From assembly GCA_964016885.1 (NCBI GenBank), contig OZ024745.1, forward strand, positions 131,626,001 to 131,690,000: 64,000 bases of DNA, given 5' to 3'. The notes beneath the pieces are model-generated. The model was not told the origin of the DNA. It did not search any database and worked only from the letters and a program-made list of their open reading frames with translations. Made by a program: the position numbers and the translations under genes. Within the stretch, counting starts at the first letter, position 1; the number at the start of each line of letters is the position of its first letter. This DNA is from Eledone cirrhosa. Lineage: Eukaryota. Positions 53,234-64,000 of the stretch are shown one piece after another.

Positions 53234-54029
53234 GTAAGTATAAAATCTTTCCTTGATTATAAAATATCATTTAAGGATATTATTTGAGATTTTACTTCTT
53301 CATTGTTTTAATTTATAAATTTAAAGTTACTCTGAACATGTTTTACATTTTCTCTTCTACAGAAAGTAGTTGTAATTTTCAGTAATGAAATGGTATCTAT
53401 GAAACAAAAAGCTCAGTGTGTTTTCTGGTTTCAAATACTTTATGCTCACTCTGTTTATTATAATGTGAAGAGTACTTGACTTAGCGGTTAGAGAATTGAA
53501 TTCACAATTGTGAGGCTGTGAGTTCAATTCACGGACTGAGCAATGCGTTATGTCTGCCAAAAGTTGCGACCAGTAGATAATATCAGCAATGGAAAAACCA
53601 ATGGAAACATTGTTACCTTGGTCCAATCTGACAAGTTCCACACCACTCAGTAAATAAACGAGGTCTCGGATCTTGTCAATCATTAAAAAAAAATATTATA
53701 ATGTATTTAACTTCTTTTTGTTATATTTACATTGAATTTTACTCAATTCTACAACTCCCATAATCAAAAGACTGGTGACTACCTGAAATTGGACATGAAG
53801 GCTTCAGTTCTTCACAAAACATTTACTAAACACACAAACAATGCAAACAAAAACAAGCCACATGTGTAAGCAAATATATTCATAGGTATCTGAATTATCA
53901 TCAGATTCTGGTTGAGGAGAAAAAATGGAAAGCAAGATGGCAGAGAAGATGCTGGAGAAGTCTGTGATGCTGCTGGCTAAGAGGGTTAGGCATTAAATAC
54001 ACTTGACATTAATGAACAATATAGCATCT

Positions 54030-54335
54030 GTTGTCAGAGTCTAGTTGCGTCAAATCTGTCTGGTAACAACAACATCGTCTTTGTGACAATGGAATGAAAA
54101 AGAAGCCAACTTGTTTGGTTTGCACAATATAAAGAGAAACTGATAGACAGGAGAATATCTATAGCACTTGCAGCGAAAACAACATGGAGACTACTATCTT
54201 TGAGAAATATTAAGTGGATTGTCATAAAGATTGTTATGGCAGAAGTGATATGAAGGCCAGACCAGAAAGGCAGAGGAAAAGTTACAATAAAACACTGGTG
54301 ATATAATACTTCATAGAAGGAAAATAAGTTACAAG
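54030..54335 (+). mobile_element. Heavily decayed LINE RT C-terminal relic
   Basis: KRSQLVWFAQ...KGRGK..KHW resembles RTE RLxWFGH...GRP..W. Confidence 0.35.
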
Positions 54336-54475
54336 TACACATATAATCACATCCAGACATATAGTACATATATAGATATAGCAAACTATGACTTTTATCA
54401 TGCACAGATTAATGTAACATTATATAGATGTAGAGACAAGCATTTATATATCTGTGTATGTATACACACACACAC

Positions 54476-54536
<61 letters not shown>

Positions 54537-54633
54537 AACACAAAATAAATTCTCCAAACATTATGGTAATTTGCAGAGTACAATTAGGGTAGATAACATT
54601 TAAATCTTACAGCCATATATATGAATATATGTA

Positions 54634-54667
<34 letters not shown>

Positions 54668-54792
54668 GGAAAAGAGTCACTCTACTACCCTAAGTATTGA
54701 GTACTCTGGTGCGTTATGGTCCACCTGGTTCCTTACCACACTTTCTTTGTTATATATGTGTGTGTGTGCGTGCGTGTGTGTATACATTTTTA

Positions 54793-54866
54793 AATATAGA
54801 AATGACTTTCCTGATGATTTCCGTTGAATGAAACAATTCTAGTCCTGTAGAAGCCATTTCTATATT
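54793..54866 (+). ncRNA. Family 1 hammerhead with a fold-back-extended stem I
   Basis: aatatagaaatgactttc-CTGATGA-tttccgttgaat-GAAA-caattctagtcctg-TA-gaagccatttctatatt; one stem III mismatch. Confidence 0.55.
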
Positions 54867-54872
54867 AATATA

Positions 54873-55222
54873 TCATCATCATCATCATCATCATTTCATT
54901 TTACGTCCGCTTTTTCCCTGCTTGCAAGGGTGGGACGGGAACTGACTCTGGCTTGATTTCTACAGCTGGATGCCCTTCCTAACACCAACCTCATTTACAG
55001 TGAGTGCTGGGTGCTTTTTTGCCGTGGCGCCTACACGACCACTTTGCAGTGGAATGATATGGACCCCAGTCCCTATCATCTCATTTCTACAGCTGAGTAA
55101 ACTGGAGCAATGTGAAATAAAGTGTCTTGCTCAAGGAAACAACACATCACCTGGTCTGAGAATTGAACTCACAACCTTTCAATTCTCAGATTGGGTGATG
55201 TGTTGTTTCCTTGAGCAAGACA
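54873..55222 (-). mobile_element. SINE family B whose 5' head is replaced by an inverted duplication
   Basis: Body matches to 55180; 55178-55222 is the reverse complement of 55123-55167. Confidence 0.85.
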
Positions 55223-55392
55223 AGGAAACAAATATATATATATATACACACAAATATATATATATAAGTAGAAGGGATATTTAATGTGTTGGAAATTCAA
55301 CAAATATAAATGTTTATAACTGATTCAGAGCACTCGACAGATTTCTGGAGTAAATATTCAATGATATGAAATAAATATATATATATATATAT

Positions 55393-55917
55393 AGGGAGCT
55401 ACTTCCTCTGCTGATGAAGAAGGGTTTCTCCCTGCGTACGAAAGGCCAGTTATATGATGCCTGTGTGAGGTGCGCGATGCTGCATGGTAGTGAGACATGG
55501 GCAGCAACTGCAGAGGATAAGCGATGGCTGGAAAGAAATGAGGGAAGCATGCTCTGTTGGATGTGCAATGTCAATGTGCATGAATGACCGAGCATGGATG
55601 TGTTGAGAGAGAAACTGTGTTTGAGAGGGATAAATTGTAGTGTGCGGGAGAGGAGACTGCGATGGTATGGACATGTGATGCGCATGGAGGATGATCACTG
55701 GATAAAGAGGTGCCAAGAAATGCCAGTTGAAGGAAGATGTAGTAGAGGAAGACCACAAAAAACATGGGTGGAGGTGGTGAGAGCAGACCTCAGATCGCTG
55801 AAGCTCACGGAGGAGATGACAAAGGACCGTGACAAGTGGAGAGATGTTGTGCTGAATATGACCTGTCCCACCCTTGCAAGCAGGGAAAAGCAGGCGTAAA
55901 ATGATAATGATGATGAT
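55393..55917 (+). mobile_element. RTE LINE 3' fragment
   Basis: ELLPLLMKKGFSLRTKGQLYDACVRCAMLHGSETWA...RLRWYGHVMRM; internal stop; (gat)n tail. Confidence 0.92.
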
Positions 55918-56293
55918 ATTGGAAAATGTGTGAGATCCTTGGTACAGTTAGGTAAATTTGAAAAAAAGGAAAAGAATGACTTCACTTATAGTTCTAAACA
56001 AATTGATTTAATTTTATAATATTATGAGTTGGTAGATCTAGTAAGTCCTTTGTTAACCTTGATGGGAAGATTTTTAAAGATTCCTGGTTAACTTTCCTGG
56101 AGAACTTTCTCACATTCATCGGTGGCGATTATCAAACTGAGATCAGTTTGACAATTTAGTTGTAGTGACTAGTTTAGTTCTTCGCACTCTAGAATGGTCA
56201 GAAAATGTAATTTGAGTCCAATCAGGTCATATTACATTTATAGCTTTCAATAATTATAAAGTTATAGCAAAAGACCTATGGAATCTGTCCCTG

Positions 56294-56425
56294 AATACAC
56301 CTACAAGCAATTGGCAATACACCTACAAGCAACTGGCAATACACATACTAGCTATTGGCAATACACCTACAAGCAATTGGCAATACACATACTAACAATT
56401 GGCAATACACATACTAGCTATTGGT
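56294..56425. repeat. About 22-bp minisatellite aatacacctacaagcaattggc
   Basis: Direct. Confidence 0.8.
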
Positions 56426-56850
56426 AAATAGTGATATGTGGAGAAAAAGTTATGACATGACAAATTTACTATAAAGGTTAACATAATATATTACAGAGTT
56501 ATTTTCAAATATCAACCAAGATATGAAAAACTTTGATATGGGATAAAAATAGCATGGAGATAAATTGTAGCACATATACAAATAGATGTGTGTTTTGTAG
56601 TTTGGGGAGAAAAATATAATTATTGGAGGGGTGGTGGTGTCCCCCTGGGCCCCAGTTCCACTGCCTCTGCACAACACTGTCAGATGTGGTAGACTTAATG
56701 TCATTTTACAGCACCACCAATTTGGGAATAACTTTGGTTCATCAGAACTTGGAAAAGATCATCAGTGCTGTCCTTCCTCTCCACTTAAAGAGAGATGTTT
56801 TCACCAAAATTGATTTTAGAGTATGGCTAGAAATAAATTCTTATACAGAA

Positions 56851-57090
56851 TTAACCCTTTAGTTACCAATATGGACAAAACCAGCTCTGGTTCTATGAAA
56901 TAAAACCACCCATTTTAAAGGGTTCCTGTTTAAATTAAAATTTTCCAACATAATTTTATATAAGTACCTTACATTAAGTTACTATCTTAGTAATGAAATA
57001 ATTAATAATCTAAGTAAATCCCTCAAAATTCTTCATTAATTTATTAAAATAGAGTGTATTTCATTAGAAATGTGGTCATGAAAGGATTAA
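56851..57090. mobile_element. Possible piggyBac-like MITE
   Basis: TTAAccctttagttacca ... tggtcatgaaaggaTTAA. Confidence 0.4.
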
Positions 57091-57102
57091 TGTACACATA
57101 TA

Positions 57103-57273
57103 AAATATCTAAAATGATTAAATATAGTTAATTGTTGTTTAGTTTCATTTGTAAAACAAATAGATGTGGCATTAAAAATAAACTGGTAAATGTATAGAGA
57201 GCTGGTTGTTATGAAAGACAAGTGTTGGTGATAGAGAAGTTAGTAAAGAAGATAACCAGACAGAGGCTAAATA
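57103..57273 (+). repeat. About 170-bp dispersed duplication; second copy at about 62842-63013
   Basis: aaaatatctaaaatgattaaatatag...ccagacagaggctaaatat in both. Confidence 0.85.
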
Positions 57274-58020
57274 TACAGTACTTGATAGTCCAATATTTGG
57301 TAGTAGCAATGCTGAATTGTATGGCTTTATTAAGGAGAAAATGAAATGGTTGCAGACCATACCATTCCAAATTATACTTAGTAAGGGATTTGAAATCAGT
57401 ACTAAAAGTTAAAGGTAACACTTGTCAATTTTACAGGGATCAACATCTTACAACAAATATCAGGGCCAGCTGTACACACGAGGAAAAGTAGATAAGTGTG
57501 GATTATGGAGTAACCTGCCACATGGTTTGGCATGGTTGAGTGTGGACTATGGAGTGGAAAATACAGGCTCAGCAGTTTTCTTAGTGTCAGAGCAAGGTGT
57601 CAACTTGTCAGCTGGCTAAACAGCAAGCTGAAATTGTTTTATCCCAGTAACATAATTATCTCCTTTTTTCATGTATTATCATATGCATATTCAATAATAC
57701 TTGACAGAGTTTTTTTCTTTTTTAATATTTGTGCTTCTGTTAGATTTTATCATAATATAAACCAGATTAGTTTTAGAATGAGATCATACAACTACAAGAA
57801 AGACCGCAGATGCTGTGTTAAAAAATACAACAGTAAGATGATGGAACACATGGTTATCAAAGAAAGAGGAATTGTCATAGAAAAAAACGAGGTAACAGCC
57901 TGTTTCATAGTTTGAGGAATGTTAAAAGAAAACTGCATCACGTTTTGTTCCAAGGTCAACAATATAGAAACACATTTCATATTATACTTTAAAACCTACT
58001 TCTTCTTGTTCTTCTTATTA

Positions 58021-58145
58021 AGGGTGGTGGATTGGCAATATCGATAGAGCATCAGACACCTTGCTTTGCAGCCCTTTATGTTCTGAGTTCAAATCCCGCT
58101 GAGGGTAACTTTGCTTTTCATCCTTAAGGGGTCGATAAAATAAAG
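58021..58145 (+). mobile_element. 3'-truncated SINE family A
   Basis: Head and body present. Confidence 0.8.
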
Positions 58146-58544
58146 AGAGAGCGAGAGAGAGAAAGAGAGAGGTGGTCTGGGACTGGTTTGGAGATTCTTC
58201 TCCAAATCAGACCCAAAGGCAAAAAAATATCCTGGACCACATCAAACAACTGGATGGTTATGAAGAGTAGTCGCAGGGGGCAAATGGCCTCATTGTTTCA
58301 TTTGTAGTAAAGCCACACACCTGCAAAGCTCTTGCCCCGAACTGAAAACTGCAGGGGTCTACAAATCTCCTTTGCTGCCAACACTAGAGCCGGGACAAAA
58401 GACAGCAACAACTGTAAAGGAAACTGGACCTCCAGCAACAACAGCAGTAGCAACAACAAGGATCATTAAAACCACCCAGGGAGTTACCAAAATTAGCGCT
58501 CCTTCTCCCCCTCTTTCAAACACACACACACACAGAACAACATT

Positions 58545-59400
58545 CAGTGTGGGCTGGGCGCTTTTTGTTGTGTCGCCATCACGACTACCTTACAGTGTGG
58601 GCTGGGCGCTTTTTGTTGTGTCGCCATCACGACTACCTTACAGTGTGGGCTGGGTGCTTTTTGTTGTGTCGCCATCACGACTACTTTACAGTGTGGGCTG
58701 GGTGCTTTTTGTTGCGTCGCCATCACGACTACTTTACAGTGTGGGCTGGGTGCTTTTTGTTGCGTCGCCATCACGACCACTTTACAGTGTGGGCTGGGTG
58801 CTTTTTGTTGTGTCGCCATCACGACCACTTTACAGTGTGGGCTGGGTACTTTTTGTTGCATCGCTATCACGACTACCTTACAGTGTGGGCTGGGTGCTTT
58901 TTGTTGTGTCGCCATCATGACTACCTTGCAGTGTGGGCTGGGTGCTTTTTGTTGTGTTGCCATCACGACCACTTTACAGTGTGGGCTGGGCACTTTTTGT
59001 TGCGTCGCTATCACGACTACCTTACAGTGTGGGCTGGGTGCTTTTTGTTGCGTCACCATCATGACCACTTTACAGTGTGGGCTGGGTACTTTTTGTGTTG
59101 CCATCCTAACCACTTTACAGTGTGGGCTGGGTGCTTTTTGTTGTGTTGCTATCACAACTACTTTACAGTGTGGGCTGGGTACTTTTTGCCGTGTCGCCAT
59201 CATGACTACCTTACAGTGTGGGCTGGGTACTTTTTGTTGTGTCACCACCACGACCACTTTACAGTGTGGGCTGGGTGCTTTTTGTTGTGTCGCCATCACG
59301 ACCACTTTACAGTGTGGCCTGGGTGCTTTTTGTTGTGTCGCCATCACAAACACTTTACAGTGTGGGCTGGGCGCTTTTTGTTGTGTCGCCATCACAAACA
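58545..59400. repeat. 48-bp minisatellite, about 18 units, SINE/LINE-UTR derived
   Basis: cagtgtgggctgggtgctttttgttgtgtcgccatcacgaccacttta; period from 58545/58593. Confidence 0.92.
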
Positions 59401-60407
59401 CATTACAATTAATCTATATTTTTCTGTTGTACGATTCAGCATTTTAAAATGGTACTCTCAATTAAATCGTGTGAAACCATTTTGCTGTCTTGAGAGCTGA
59501 TGAGGGTGGAGATGTGTGTGTAAACTTGTCTTCTACATCACCTTTCTCTATGTCCATCTTCCAATCACTTTTATGCGGCAACACACTTTTCCTTGTCCTC
59601 CACCTCTTTCAATCTTTTCTATATTTCATCTACCTGTCATCCACCTGTCTCTCTGTTGACCATTAGCCGCTGGTATCTTGTCCTCTCAGTCATTTTTGCC
59701 CATTGTTGTCGTTTACAGTATTTAGCTGTTTTAATGGATGTTCTAGCAATGAGTTTTCTCATTTTTATATGTATTCAAATACATTTGTTTCATCTTGATC
59801 AGCATTGTTTCATTTAACACACACACACATATATATATAAACACACACACATATACATGTACTCACACATATATTTATGCCACCCCCAGCCAAAAAATAG
59901 AGGAACCCGTTGGCTAATGTGGGAGAATTTGGCAAGAATAATTAAGAACCAATGAAGTGAAGAGTTTCAATTAGTTTCTATCATTACCTAAATCAAGGAA
60001 ATTGTCAATGTGTATCAGATGGAGACTTCATCTGTAGATGAATGAGTGAGCTGAGAGGTGGAACTAACAGGCTTGCAGTGTGGTCTGGAACACATAATAG
60101 GAGGAGGAGGTGAGGAGTGAGATAGAGAGGGAGAAAGAGAGAGAACGATAGGAGAGGAAAATGAGAAGGGGGAGGAGGTGGAGAGTTAAATAGATTAGCA
60201 GACCATATCAGGAATGAATGAAATTAGTAAAGTTTCACAAATATTTGTGAAGGTTGACCTGTGCATACATGTGTATATAGACATGTGTGTATAGACATAC
60301 ATATAAATATATATACATTCATAACATACATACATATATATATATATACACATATACATACATATATATATATACACATATATATACATATATACATACA
60401 TACATAT

Positions 60408-60439
<32 letters not shown>

Positions 60440-60984
60440 CTACCTACATAAATACATACATACACATAATAGATCCATAGATACAACATACATAATACAT
60501 AAATACATACATAGATACATACACACCTATATGTTGTAAGTATATGTGTCTGTGTTTATACCAATACGCATGACTAGCTAAACACATGGCTACAAATCCT
60601 TTTAAGCAATTACTAAGTCAGTCATAGTTTCCAGTGATTCATTGGTTTAATGGGAGAAACAAGGATGTATTAATGTTGATAAGTGTTAAAGGATGAATGG
60701 GCCAACATTTGGCATCTTCAGAAGCAAACATCACGGTGTATGTCTGTGTGTCTGTGTGAATTAATAATGAAGTTGAGTTGCATTAGACTATTAGTTACAA
60801 GTGAAAGAACTACGAGAGAATGGAATTTACTATTCAGTTGTAATGTCATTTTAGTTGACTGAAAGAGCACTAAATTGTGAACTTCACTAAACATATTAAC
60901 TTCATATTCAGTTTTATATGTTCCTTGGTGTGTAATATATATATATATATATATATACATATACATACATACATATACACATAC

Positions 60985-61018
<34 letters not shown>

Positions 61019-61070
61019 ATATATATCAAATGGATGTTAAATGATAATGATGATGATTATATATATATAT

Positions 61071-61285
61071 CATCATCATCACTGTTTTACATCCATTTTC
61101 CACACTAACATGGGTTAGACAAGCTGTCCTGTTGTGGGCCATGATGGTCAGGTGACTATGTCTTGTTCATACAGAACAGATTTTGGCATGGTTTCTACAG
61201 CTGGATGCCCTTCCTAACACCGTCCTCATTTACAGTGATCACTGAGTGCTTTTTGTTGTGACGCCTAAATTACCACTTTACACTT
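61071..61285 (-). mobile_element. SINE 3' fragment with RTE-like tail
   Basis: gtttctacagctggatgcccttcctaacacc..ctcatttacagtga. Confidence 0.75.
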
Positions 61286-63213
61286 TACATAAAATTAAAA
61301 AAACGACTGATGTATAATTAAATATATCAAACATTAACAAGAGAAAATTTGTAAAACAATGTAAGAACATATATCTAATTAAAAAAGGTAGCTTATTTAA
61401 AGTGTAAATACCTAAATTTCAGTATCCTTGCATATTTTATTATGGCTTGAGACAGACTTAGGAATCAAAAAAGTCAAATAGTATAAGAGTCATTCAGAGC
61501 TCCATCAACTTGGATCTACAAATATGATAGCATTTTTATTGAGGTTCAGCTTCAGAGAGCATTAAGTAAACTAGTTGTGAGTTTAATTATAATTATCCCA
61601 GGTGAGCTTATATAAAATTTTTCTGTTTAAATGTGATAGTTATTTGAAAGAGAGTTGGAAGTTTGTTGAAAAAAAGTGGACTGATGCATTGAACAAGTTG
61701 AGTAATTATATGTTTCTGGGCCAATAGCTATAATCTAAAGAGTGAAGGTGGGTCACTGGATAATGTATTGCATGACAAGCTGTGTGGTGTACTCTGGGAT
61801 CTCAGACAATCACCCAGCACAACAAGCTGTGTGGTGAACTCTGGGATCTCAGACCCAACCCCACTCATTAATTTTTCAGATTTTTTCCTGCACCCACACT
61901 CATATCCTAACCCCCTACCCCAACTTATTAAATTTTGCTAATCTATCTCCGGCAAAATTATATTTTAAATGGCAGCATTCCTGCAACAATTTTCTTTATA
62001 CATTAAAAAACATTATACCTGATAAAAAAAAAAATATTAGTAAAAATCCCATATGTTATAAAATAAATAGGATCGGTTGGAGTCTCAATATGTAAACCAA
62101 ATGACTAATTCTGGTTTTTAAAAAAAATTACCGATTTTCCAACACCCCCACTTACTCCAACACCTTCCACTTAGTCCAACAGCCCTACCATATTATTTGG
62201 CACCCAAGTGTACCTACATCTCTGCAGCACTCATTTCGTTGTGGCTTTGAGAAAGATATTCTAACTCTATTTGTCATGTGTATGCCAGTTTTTAGAATAG
62301 GCTCTACTACAAAAAACAACCAGTCACTGAATATAATTAGTTTGCTATGACTTTAAATGTATGGATGACCTTTACTGATGAGGAGTTTCTTCAGTGAAAA
62401 CATTATGTAACAGAGTTAGTTGGGATTTAGACAAGAGAAGAAAGTTTTATGTATTATAATGTTCTGTAGCAGGGCTAACTGTACTGTTTGGTATATTAAT
62501 TTGTCTACTTCATATGTAAATATACTTTAGTTGTTGAAGTGGCATCCGAAAGAGTAACTTGCCCTCCACCTCTGGGTCCCGACTGACAAGATGGAGATTA
62601 CATTGCCCTGGAGGACGGCGAGGGAGATATGCTGAAACAGTCATTCCACCTTATGAGACTCGTGCCTGCAGGCAGCCATATGATTTAGACAAGAGAAGAA
62701 ACTTTTGTGTATTATAATCCACCAAATCTCTCAGTAGACTTAAATGGATTGAGGCAATCAAACAAACCAATTTGAAAAAAAATCATAGACTAAAACACTG
62801 CTACCCACCACTAGCACACACAAACAGTAGTGTTATGGAAAAAATATCTAAAATGATTAAATATAGTTAATTGTTGTTTAGTTTTATTTGTAAAACAAAG
62901 AGATGTGGCATTAAAAATAAACTGATAAATGTATAGAGAGCTGGTTGTTATGAAAGACAAGAGTTGGTGATAGAGAAGTTAGTAAAGAAGATAACCAGAC
63001 AGAGGCTAAATATCAAACAGTGACGAAGATAAGATCTCTGGAAGTTGGTCATATGTAAGAAATTGGGTAAATTAATAATTTTCATAATGAAAATAAAATC
63101 TTATACATATATATATATGTGAAGTAATTCCGTCGGAAAGGTCCAGGAAAAAAGAGTGCTCTATGTAGGTTACAGAGCTTAATAGTTATGTAATAAACAA
63201 CATAAGGCAATTA

Positions 63214-63274
63214 TTTCATTTACCAGTGGTTTCTTAAAAGCAAACAAATTTTGCTTTCAATCATCAGAATGAAA
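63214..63274 (-). ncRNA. Type I hammerhead motif
   Basis: Exact reverse complement of 63340-63400. Confidence 0.8.
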
Positions 63275-63339
63275 AAATCCTGGTGTATTTATTGATATTG
63301 GATTTTAAAAAACCAATGTCAATAAATACACCAGGATTT

Positions 63340-63400
63340 TTTCATTCTGATGATTGAAAGCAAAATTTGTTTGCTTTTAAGAAACCACTGGTAAATGAAA
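63340..63400 (+). ncRNA. Type I hammerhead motif
   Basis: tttcatt-CTGATGA-ttgaaagcaaa atttg tttgcttttaa-GAAA-ccactgg-TA-aatgaaa; 7-bp stem I, 11-bp stem II. Confidence 0.8.
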
Positions 63401-63464
63401 TAATTGCCTTATGTTGTTTATTACATAACTATATATATATATATATTCCTTTGTTATATTTCGA

Positions 63465-63522
63465 ATACCTGATGATGCCACCGGATTCATACGGAACCCG
63501 AGCATTGAAATGATCATAGTAT
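63465..63522 (+). ncRNA. Type I hammerhead motif (another family)
   Basis: atac-CTGATGA-tgc..gcatt-GAAA-tgatca-TA-gtat, then AATAAA. Confidence 0.65.
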
Positions 63523-63709
63523 AATAAACCTTTTAAGGAATTACACCAGACCAGCCATTATTATTTTATAATAATTAACTCCGTACTCGCACCACCAACT
63601 ACACAAACGAAGACGGGTGAGTTGCATTACGTTGAGTACTCTCCATAATATTACATCGAGGTTGACCATACGGAATGACCAGTTCTACCAAGTGGTGAAC
63701 CAACAAACC

Positions 63710-63744
<35 letters not shown>

Positions 63745-63749
<5 letters not shown>

Positions 63750-63960
63750 GATTGCAGCATCTTCACAGTGAAGGGCAGATTATATGATGCTAGTATTTGA
63801 ACTGCTATGCTGCATAGCATCAAGACGTGGGCCTTGAGTGCAGAAACTGCTAGAAACAAATGAAGCATGCATGATACACTGGATGTGCAATGTTAGTGTA
63901 TGTAAATGATGGGACACAAGTGAGCCAATTGCACTGAGCATGTGATGCATATAGAGAGCA
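63745..63960 (+). mobile_element. Decayed RTE fragment
   Basis: VKGRLYDAS..AMLHSIKTWAL..ctggatgtgcaatg, homologous to 55393-55917. Confidence 0.7.
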
Positions 63961-64000
63961 AGAGTTGTATAAAAAAAGTGATAACTGCTTTAATTGAATA

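Noticed and set aside
57422-57619. Possible coding exon after ttttacag
   Set aside because: No recognisable domain or convincing donor site.
57775-57960. HTH-psq/pogo-like transposase N-terminus
   Set aside because: Only a vague resemblance, with a stop and no TIR; needs an HMM search.
58170-58435. GC-richer segment, possibly a LINE 5' UTR (similarly 62540-62680)
   Set aside because: Single copy in this window and no diagnostic motif I can verify.
59470-59510. Type II hammerhead order GAAA..TC..CTGATGA
   Set aside because: The stems do not pair.
62368-62415. CTGATGA-ggagtttcttcagt-GAAA motif
   Set aside because: Stem I is absent and the spacing is off; compatible with chance.

Overview
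AT-rich, repeat-saturated eukaryotic DNA with no intact protein-coding gene. The SINE/RTE content and microsatellite load suggest a cephalopod (octopus-like) intron or intergenic region; this is inference. Nearly all long ORFs are translations of micro- and minisatellites. Recognisable content: two tRNA-headed SINE families, many RTE-clade LINE fragments sharing a 3' tail with one SINE family, a Tc1/mariner relic, candidate MITEs, about 20 tandem arrays, a candidate recursive splice site and a frameshifted Ig-like exon. The main signal is a set of short non-coding elements flanked by (TA)n, from several sequence-unrelated families. They carry type I hammerhead ribozyme motifs (about 10 with plausible cores plus relics), often as back-to-back inverted pairs, and once as a 591-bp tandem with a U3-A8 core variant. 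Most also carry a downstream covarying bulged stem-loop, RCTC-[stem-loop]-(1-2 nt bulge)-GAGY-RCTC, seen about 17 times. This resembles Penelope-like pLTR/retrozyme cassettes; I do not recognise the shared stem-loop. All structures were folded by eye, not computed.
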